Of a DNA stretch of 64,000 bases, positions 55,149 through 64,000 are shown in pieces. The notes under the pieces were generated by a model. The model saw nothing but the letters and a program-made list of their open reading frames with translations. It was not told the DNA's origin and made no database searches. Source of the stretch: Octopus vulgaris (Eukaryota). Within the stretch, counting starts at the first letter, position 1. Each line of letters begins with the position of its first letter. The position numbers and the translations under genes were made by a program. The stretch lies in NCBI GenBank assembly GCA_951406725.2, contig OX597839.1, positions 5,766,001 through 5,830,000 of the forward strand. The letters are read 5' to 3'.

Positions 55149-56078
55149 CAAAAGCAATTTACAAAAAGATGGTGACAGTGACTTCGAAGTTCAGGCCTGC
55201 CAACCATCGCGAGACTGCCTATCACTCACATGAAGGCTAGCAGACCGAAACGGCGAAGTCGCTGACATTATACTTGCGTAGTCTACAAAATGTATTGTGT
55301 AATGTTTCAGCTTAATGTTAAAGTGTTCCGACTAAATCTCACCACCAGAACATCACCCTCTGCTAAATATTGTATCCTAAGCATATCTCTCCCTCTCTTC
55401 TCTCACCATCTTTTTCTCTCACTCTTCGTTATCCTCTTCATCTAACCACGAGTTTGGCCTTATTATACATCTTTCTTCTTCCTCACTTGTTTCTCTACTC
55501 ATCCTCCCCCCTTCCCTCTCTCTCTTCCCATTTTATTCCACCTCTTACTCACTCCACCTCCACTTCTCTAACTAAAGAATAATGGGCGAAAGCGGAGGCA
55601 GAATGCATTCTGCACCATAAGCCAATTGAATCTCTCACTTGGTAATTACTGCAATGTAGTTTGTTCAAATAGAACATCCACGGTTAAATAGGAATAAACA
55701 TAAATTACGTTATATGATATAAATATTATATTTTAACTGAAGTCAAATGACTTACTGAAAGATCTAACATTTCATCTCATGAATCATCACAGTGATAAGA
55801 CAAATTCGCCTCCGCAAATAATGCATCTATGTATGTGTGTATCTACGTACACATATAGGCCCATGTACGTGGGTGTGCGGGGGCGCATGTGTATATATGG
55901 ACATGCGTGCTTACGCGATTACTATGAACATTTTTACTCCTTTACCTTTACTCCCTCCCCTTACTTAGCGGTCATTCTAACAGCTCTTTTGTCTTAATAA
56001 CGGTCAGTCACACAGTAATTACCCTTTGTTTTAACGGTCATTTTCATAGCATTTTTTCTTTCCTTTTTTTGATGGCAC

Positions 56079-56139
56079 GATAACTGAAGAGATGCCGGCG
56101 TGGGTTTCCGCCCCGACATCCGAAACTCGGAGTTTTATC
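56079..56139 (+). ncRNA. type I hammerhead with long GC-rich stem II
   Basis: GATAA-CTGAAGA-GATGCCGG..CCGACATCC-GAAACT-CGG-AGT-T-TTATC; predicted cut after 56134. Confidence 0.75.
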
Positions 56140-56248
56140 ATGGCTACCGAATAATTGTCACATATTACATTTACAGATAAATTGCTCTATTTACATAATA
56201 TCGAGGTCTCTTTCATTCTTTTATTGTCTTACCATTATTATTACTATG

Positions 56249-56293
<45 letters not shown>

Positions 56294-56409
56294 TTGGTGA
56301 CGTAAACGAGAAAATAGAACTCAAAATATCAGTATATGTATTTTTTTATTAGTTTTTATGAGAAGCAACAGAGTGACTCACGGACCGATCTAGTTTGATA
56401 AGTGCCAAC

Positions 56410-56466
56410 AGACAGACGGACGGACGGACGGACGGACGGACGGACGGACGGACGGACGGACGGACG

Positions 56467-56560
<94 letters not shown>
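56410..56560. repeat. (GACG)n(GACA)n
   Basis: Seen directly. Confidence 0.95.
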
Positions 56561-56562
<2 letters not shown>

Positions 56563-56873
56563 TGTGCATAAGCTTACGTATAATCCGACATATTTTTGCC
56601 GAACTATAAACTGCAATTTATCATCCGCCATTATGGTTAAATAATCCTGTTTCTATTTTTTAAAAAATTATTTCGATTTACTTTATATGAATATTTTGTT
56701 ATTACTCTTACACTCGACCCAGTTCCTTTAAATTACTCAATAAAGCAAATGGGTTGCCGTCGATTTCGACGATGACTGTTCAGTTATTTATCAAATGTAC
56801 TAATTACCTATGCATTGAATTTACGAATAAGTGTTTGAATATTTGGATATATCGCTTTAAACCGCATCCATTG

Positions 56874-57255
56874 GCACTTGTATTTGTACTTGTGGCGATA
56901 TTCACCCTGGGCGGGTTGAGTCGACTTCTTCTACTCATGGAAGAAGTTTCGTGGGAATATGTGGATTTCACAAGCGGTCCCCAACAATTCCGCATGTGGA
57001 GACATCTTGTTTTCCGCAGATTGTCCGCAGACGCAGGGACAGAACGACCGAGGAGCCACCGGTTGCCGAGCAGACACTCTGAGGATTTTCACCAGAGCCC
57101 CGTCTGCCGGGTGGTGGCCCTAATACCACTCGGTGTCAGACCAATCCGCCTTGGGTGGCCCTACCAGGAACCGAGGTTCCCGACGGCATAGCACTGACAC
57201 TACCGGTCACCAGCGTCCCCACCACGGTGAGGAGGGGATGGACTTTGGGGACGCT
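56874..57255 (-). mobile_element. bipartite non-autonomous RTE element (RTE 5'-UTR motif fused to a short 3' tail)
   Basis: Minus-strand GCTATGCCG..CCTGGTAGGGCCACCCAAGGCGGA resembles recalled BovB/Expander 5' UTRs; 3' part matches 26509-26744. Confidence 0.72.
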
Positions 57256-57625
57256 AGGTACAGTAACCTGAATAACAAGATTAAACCTTTGAATAACCGA
57301 AACAGTACATTCGACCGTCTTCCGTAAACATGCAATTGATGCTACGAAGCAGGGAGACACGCTTAGTACGCTACCCAAACATAGTAACGATGCTTTCAGC
57401 AGTTTCTGCCCACCGAATTTCTCTTACGCAGCTTAGGGCGTGCCGAGGCTATGGCAAATAGTCTGGCCAAGACTGCACATGAATAGATCGAACAAGGTGT
57501 CGGACTGTGAGGAGAACGTTTTAAACTTAACATATTTCTCCAGATTGCGTAACTTTTAGCGTCTCTCAACTATCTGACGACTCACATGATGACACGACAC
57601 ATTTCGTGCTTTAAATAACATATAT

Positions 57626-57715
<90 letters not shown>

Positions 57716-57720
<5 letters not shown>

Positions 57721-57792
57721 ACTGACGATCTACAGATAAGTTGTGTAAGTAAAATTACGTAATTTATTGATAGTGAAACAATTGTTTGTGAT
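57716..57792 (+). ncRNA. type I hammerhead, canonical core
   Basis: Stem I ATCACA/TGTGAT; CTGACGA; 14-bp stem II hairpin; GAAAC-AATT-GT-T; predicted cut after 57786. Confidence 0.8.
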
Positions 57793-58061
57793 TAATCTAT
57801 ATTTTTGTTATTTTTCATTTGCCTTGCTTGCTTACGTTTCTGGTGTGCTAAATTTTTGGGTGAACAATTCTTAGTGGTTGAGACCATAGCGGATCTTCTT
57901 CTAGCGTAAGGGTTTCCACATAGTGGTTCCCTTTTATATTTATGTATATATATAAAACTTATAAACATCTTATTAAAGTCGAAAAATTATCAGAAAAGAA
58001 ATTTTTATTCATTTTTTTTTCAAATATATAATATTGCATCAAGGAATTCTATTTTTTATTC

Positions 58062-58119
<58 letters not shown>

Positions 58120-58419
58120 GACTGTCTGTATATATATACAGATGCACATATGACTGTATATACATATATGTATATATATACATGTATATATATATATATA
58201 TATGGACATGTGTGTATATATATATATATACACACACACACACATGGACAGAGAGTAATACACTAAATTTTTGGAATTTATTTCAGCCAAGACCTTGAAT
58301 GAAAGAAAATCACACAGCTGGTAATGTTATTGGATCGTGTGTTGGCATTAACTAAACATATTTTGTATATATCTATTCATTCTCTCTCTATCGCCTGCAC
58401 ATACATATACACGCGTGCA

Positions 58420-58458
<39 letters not shown>

Positions 58459-58521
58459 CATACTATGTATTTGTCTAAACATTTACATATATATATATAT
58501 GTATATATATACACATATATA

Positions 58522-58574
<53 letters not shown>

Positions 58575-58747
58575 GTAACTCGAATTTTTACGAATTGGAC
58601 AGCCATGAAACGATCGTAGTGTTATACTCATTATCTTTTTTTAATATTTTGATATATATTTAAAATAATATAAATTAATTAATCTTATGTATTGGCTTAA
58701 GTTTTTCATTGTATGATTTGCCTAATAGTGGTTTTATCTCTAATTTA

Positions 58748-58793
<46 letters not shown>

Positions 58794-59039
58794 GTGTGTG
58801 TGAATGAGTACATATAATTTTTATTCGTACACACATACTCCAAATATAAGTGAAAAGAGTAAAAGTATAAAAGTTTCCTTGTATATGCGCGTATGTATGT
58901 ATTTATGTATGTCTATGTTTACGGTGGGAGAGTGGCAGAAAACGTATATATATATATATATATGAAAAATAAGTTTGATCATGCAAATTATACAAAGATT
59001 TGTTTATACATAAGTATACATGCGTGTGGGAGGGTCATA

Positions 59040-59505
59040 TGAGCAAATTCTCAAGCCTCCACGCCCACAGCTCCTCCTCGATAAAGCTGTATTACCCGCC
59101 TGGGTTCCTTTTTTGCTCTTGCTCCTGGTGTCACAGCTGCGTTTTGTTTTACTTTTCCCCACCGGACACAGGCACCGGACCTGACTACCATACTTTCCAC
59201 ATTAAATATGCCTTCTGTTGCATTTCTACAAATATGATACAAGTGCTCCAAAGTTCCGTTTATAATGTTTTCTACTTACGACAAAAACGGCTGCCGACTG
59301 GCTGATAGGTTTGCAGAGTACCTCAGACATCCCTCTGGGCAACGGGTCTCCTGCCTTTCGACACTTCTACTCCACCGACCGTTCCATTCAACCCCCTCAT
59401 GATTTTCAACGTGGTCGCCATTCCTGGCTTCTCTACAAATCCAGAGGGAAACGGGACCATTTTTTAAAAAGCTATATTCCTTTCAGTCTCAACTCTTTTT
59501 CGTAA
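59040..59505 (+). pseudogene. decayed Neptune-like PLE GIY-YIG fragment
   Basis: PGFLFCSCSWCHSC..GPDYHTFHIKYAFCCISTNMI.., frameshifts, CRLADRFAEYLR..SPAFRHFYST..PFSLN; matches the recalled Neptune pattern. Confidence 0.72.
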
Positions 59506-59509
59506 TTAT

Positions 59510-59580
<71 letters not shown>

Positions 59581-59582
<2 letters not shown>

Positions 59583-59670
59583 GGTGTAAACACATAAAAA
59601 ATGTCCGATGACCGGCAACGGGAAACTCAGAGTAACAGGTTTTGTTGAATTTTCTGCTGCTTTAAATAAA

Positions 59671-59671
<1 letters not shown>
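59581..59671 (+). mobile_element. second copy of the 16113-family mini-element (HHR 59602-59637)
   Basis: TGT-CCGATGA-CCG-GCAA-CGG-GAAACTCAGAGTA-ACA; leading 18 bp is an inverted family 3' terminus. Confidence 0.82.
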
Positions 59672-59707
<36 letters not shown>

Positions 59708-59863
59708 TACATCCGCACATGTATACATACATACAAAGAGACATCACTGTCTTCTTCATAGATAGATAGGCATAAAAGTATACATACAAATATTAATAAA
59801 CTCTCACACACACACATCTATATATATATATATACGGTGATATATACGTACAACAATCTAGAG

Positions 59864-59933
<70 letters not shown>

Positions 59934-60308
59934 TAACCACATATGTAGATATCGAGATTGACAATTATGAATATAGATATATATTTGTGGTCATATTGTG
60001 AATATGAATCTTTGTTCTCAACGGTATCACAGACGACAAAAGATGTTTACGTATTTGCTGAGACCTTTCGGCCAAAACGCGGGAATCCAACGCAATCGTA
60101 ATCTTTCCTCCTTCTACCATTATGGTCAGTGAAAGGTTAAATTCTCGTGAAAGGTCGTGCTGATATAACACGTAATTCGACATTCCTGTTGTGTGATATT
60201 TTCTCTAATAACTGGAGAGAACGAAAGGACGTAATCGTTTGTTCAAGTTTCAATCACATGACGTGGACTCCATCTTCTACCCTTGAGCAACCCAGAATTA
60301 ACGAATAC

Positions 60309-60363
<55 letters not shown>

Positions 60364-61018
60364 ATATATATATATATATATATATGTTATATATATATAT
60401 ATATATATATAATGTTATAAAATAATACATAATATAACACACATACACATACACACATTCACACTCACATACTTGCAGAAACGAGTATGTTGCCATGGAA
60501 ATTGTTTTATAAATGTTCGCATTTCTGTTTGACTTGCAAATTTATTATAAATATTATAAATCTGCATAACCTCGTTTCATTATGTTAGAGATAACGATTT
60601 GAGCTTTGGTTTCGTCCTAAAGTAAAGGTTGTTTAATACGTTACACTCAAACGCATACCTTGGCGAGCGGAATATTATCATAAATTATATAATATTTTAT
60701 ACGTAATTTAAAATGATATAATGAGATACCAATATACAGTATGGTGAGTGTGTTTGTATATATATATATATATATATATATACAAATTGAGATATATTCT
60801 ACTTATTATACAACATTACTCTTTTATGTACACTTTTTTATGTACATTCCTTTATGTACACTGATTTGTTCTGCATTTTTATATTTAACCCTACAGTCTC
60901 TTATTTGGTGGTTTAATAAAGTAAGTGATTGAGTATTATCTTGGTAATTGATATTTGATTTAGATGTATTTCTCCATTTTCTTATCTTGTATATATATAT
61001 ATATATATATATATATGT

Positions 61019-61246
61019 TTCTTTATTGCCCACAAGGGGCTAAACATAGAGGGGACAAACCAGGACAGACAAAGGGATTAAGTCGATTACATCGACCCCA
61101 GTGCGTAACTGGTACTTAATTTATCGACCCCGAAAGGATGAAAGGCAAAGTCGACCTCGGCGGAATTTGAACTCAGAACTTCACGGCAGACGAAATACGG
61201 CTACGCATTTCGCCCGGCGTGCTAACGGTTCTGTCAGCTCGCCGCC
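61019..61246 (-). mobile_element. SINE family C monomer
   Basis: Head, core and tail intact. Confidence 0.88.
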
Positions 61247-61254
61247 TGTGTATG

Positions 61255-61310
<56 letters not shown>

Positions 61311-61591
61311 CGCAATGTCGGGGTCGACCCGAAACTTTCCCTCCCTTTCTTCCACCCTGTCTCCCCTTCCTCTCCCCCTCTATCTCTCTTCTATCCTACA
61401 ATACCTGTTGACATTCTTTGACATGTGCTTCTACACAAAACTTAAACCTTTGTATACCTGACGATATATCGGAATATAAAGTGGGATGGTCACGTTTGGC
61501 CACATCTTTCATCATAAATTGACTGGTCACTACTGACCTGTAGCTAAATAACGACGTCGACCACAACGAATTTATCATTATCACTACTACC

Positions 61592-61727
61592 TATTTCTTT
61601 ACTATCCACAAGGGGCTAAACACAGAGAGGACACACAAGGACAGACAGACGGTTTAAGTCGATTATATCGACCCCAGTGCGTAACTGGTACTTATTTAAT
61701 CGACCCCGAAAGGATGAAAGGCAAAGT
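61592..61727 (-). mobile_element. SINE family C, 3' part
   Basis: Core match. Confidence 0.8.
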
Positions 61728-61902
61728 AAAACGTTAGGGAAAGAAACCTGGCTATTTCTTGTAATACGTACATCGAAAACAGAATTTTTCTGGGGCCCTT
61801 AATATAATATTGTGGATCCCCAATTTACTATTTAGTTAAGTGGATCCAAAAAAAACTTGTATGGATCCTCAGGGGCCATAGGGCTCCGGTTGTGAACCAC
61901 TG
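61727..61902 (-). mobile_element. hAT/Charlie-like relic
   Basis: Minus-strand start CAGTGGTTCACAACCGGAG; homologous to 2021-2230. Confidence 0.6.
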
Positions 61903-62011
61903 GTTTAGGATGAAAGGCAATTTATAACAGGCACTCTGGATAAAGAATTTCACGGGTCTTAGAAAATATAGATTCGCCATTATCCTTCCGGTCATTATCA
62001 GCTGCAGCAGT

Positions 62012-62560
62012 GGAAGCGCAATGGCCCAGTGGTTAGGGCAGCGGACTCGCGGTTGGAGGATTGCGGTTTCGATTCCCAGACCGGGCGTTGTGTGTGTTTA
62101 TTGAGCGAAAACACCTAAAGCTCCAAGAGACTCCGGCAGGGGGGGCGACCCCTGTTGTACTCTTTCGCTCCAACTTCCTCTCACTCTTTCTTCCTGTTTC
62201 TTGTCCTCAACTTCCTATGCAACCGCTGAGCCTGGCCCAGTGGTTAGAGCAGCGGTTCGTGGTTTCGATTCCCATACCGGGCGTTGTGTGTGTTTATTGA
62301 GCGAAAACACCTAAAGCTCCACGAGGCTCCGGCAGGGGGGGGGGGCGACCCCTGTTGTACTCTTTCACTCTTTCTTCCTGTTTCTTGTTCCCCGACTTCC
62401 TACGCAACCGCTGAGCCTGGATGCGCCTTCATCCATCCGTCGATGCTCTCGGTGTCGGGGGTTGACCTGCTTTCTCTTCTGCGGGTCTTACGAATAGCAA
62501 AGGACCACGTTTCGGACTTCTCCCTCTACAGACGTGGGACGAAGACCGCTTCGCTCAACA
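62012..62560 (+). mobile_element. tandem dimer of SINE family A, tail type 1
   Basis: First unit breaks at GAGCCTGG and restarts at TGGCCCAGTGG (microhomology). Confidence 0.85.
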
Positions 62561-62819
62561 AGCATACATCAGCTGCAGCCAATCAACCATCAGCACCACC
62601 GTCATCATTATTGTCATCACTATCGTCGTCATCATCATCAGCAGCACCATCACCATTGTTATCACCACCATTATCACTACAGCCACCACCACCACCACTA
62701 ACATCATCATCATCATCACCATCATCTTCAACTTCTTCCTATTCTACGTTTTCCTCTTCAATTACTTTCAAAATTTTTTCGCTTTTGTTTTTATTTTACA
62801 GTTGTTGTTGTTGTTCTTC

Positions 62820-62962
62820 TTCTACTACTACAACTACTACTATTACAACTACTATTACTACTACTATTACTACTACTACAACTACTACTATTATTACTAC
62901 TACTACAACTATTACTATTACTACTACTACTACTACTACTACTACTGCTGCTTTTGCTGCTG

Positions 62963-62999
<37 letters not shown>

Positions 63000-63196
63000 T
63001 ACCACCACTACTACTGTTTCTTTATAGTTCCATCCACTTCAGTTACCTTTTTTCCTCTTCCTCTACTACTACAACTACTACAACTAGTACTATTACTACT
63101 ACTACAACTACTACTATTACTACTACTACAACTACTACTATTACTACTACTACAACTACTACTATTACTACTACGACTACTACTACTACTACTACA

Positions 63197-63228
<32 letters not shown>

Positions 63229-63636
63229 AACTACTACTGCTGCTATTGCTGCTGCTGCTTCTACCACTACTACTACTACTACTACCACTACTACTGTTTC
63301 TTTATAGTTCCATCCTCTTCAGTTACCTTTTTTCCTCTTCCTCCTCTGATATATATATGTTCTCTTTGTTCTCTATCTTACATTCTCACTCTCTCCCTCT
63401 CCTCTGCATACATACACACGCACATACATGTATATACACAAATTTAGGAATGTAAATATATACATACATGTGTGTGTATATCTATTTGTGTATGTGTGTA
63501 TATATATGTGTATGTGCGTATGTGTATGTATGTGTGTGTGTGTATGTATATATATATGTGTGTCTGTGCGTGTGCGTGTGTTAATGTGTATATAGATATA
63601 TATGTGCGTGTGTGTATATATTTGCGTGTGTGAATG

Positions 63637-63670
<34 letters not shown>

Positions 63671-63778
63671 AATGTGAATGTATATATATGTGTGTGTGTG
63701 CGTGTGTGAATGTGTATATATATGTGTGTGTGTGTGTATGTATATATATATATGTGTGTGTGTGAATGTGTGAATGCT

Positions 63779-63810
<32 letters not shown>

Positions 63811-64000
63811 AATGTGTATGTGAATGTGTATATATATGTGTGTGTGTGTGTATGTATATATATATATGTGTGTGTGTGTGTGTGAATGTGTATGTGAATG
63901 TGTATATATATGTGTGTGTGTGTGTGTATGTGTATATATATATGTGTATGTGTGTGTGTGAATGTGTATATATATATGTGTGTGTGAATGTGTATATATG
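62820..64000. repeat. (ACT)n block with a duplicated spacer, then a (TG/TA)+GAAT compound repeat
   Basis: Seen directly; CTACTGTTTCTTTATAGTTCCATCC occurs near 63011 and 63291. Confidence 0.9.

Noticed and set aside
62389-62500. HDV-like ribozyme in SINE A tail 1
   Set aside because: Could not place P2/P3/L3 in the required nested order
62503-62540. Minus-strand CTGTAGA-GGGA..TCC-GAAACGTG hammerhead look-alike in a SINE tail
   Set aside because: The cleavage triplet would be GUG, the arms pair with each other, and the motif is absent from the copies at 158 and 534

Overview
AT-rich, microsatellite-saturated eukaryotic non-coding DNA. The SINE families look like octopus (coleoid cephalopod) repeats; this is an inference from recalled repeat sequences, not a search. 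No host exon could be supported, and nearly all listed ORFs are translations of simple repeats. Recognisable content: (1) a young 5'-truncated Penelope-like element (PLE; Naiad-like thumb plus GIY-YIG) in a 2.8-kb inverted arrangement, a TSD-flanked miniature of the same family, and two decayed PLE endonuclease fragments of other lineages; (2) about a dozen hammerhead-ribozyme (HHR) motifs in short, mostly TA-embedded, non-coding elements from several families, some with variant cores and one pair showing compensatory change; (3) an apparently complete, TSD-flanked, ORF1-only (HAL1-like) L1/Tx1-type element inserted in a SINE head; (4) RTE pieces: a dimeric 3' end with a TSD, a twin-primed insertion, 5'-UTR motifs and a bipartite non-autonomous element; (5) three tRNA-derived SINE families, one with four alternative tails; (6) mariner and hAT relics and a 3.35-kb 29-bp minisatellite. 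All folds and alignments were done by eye.
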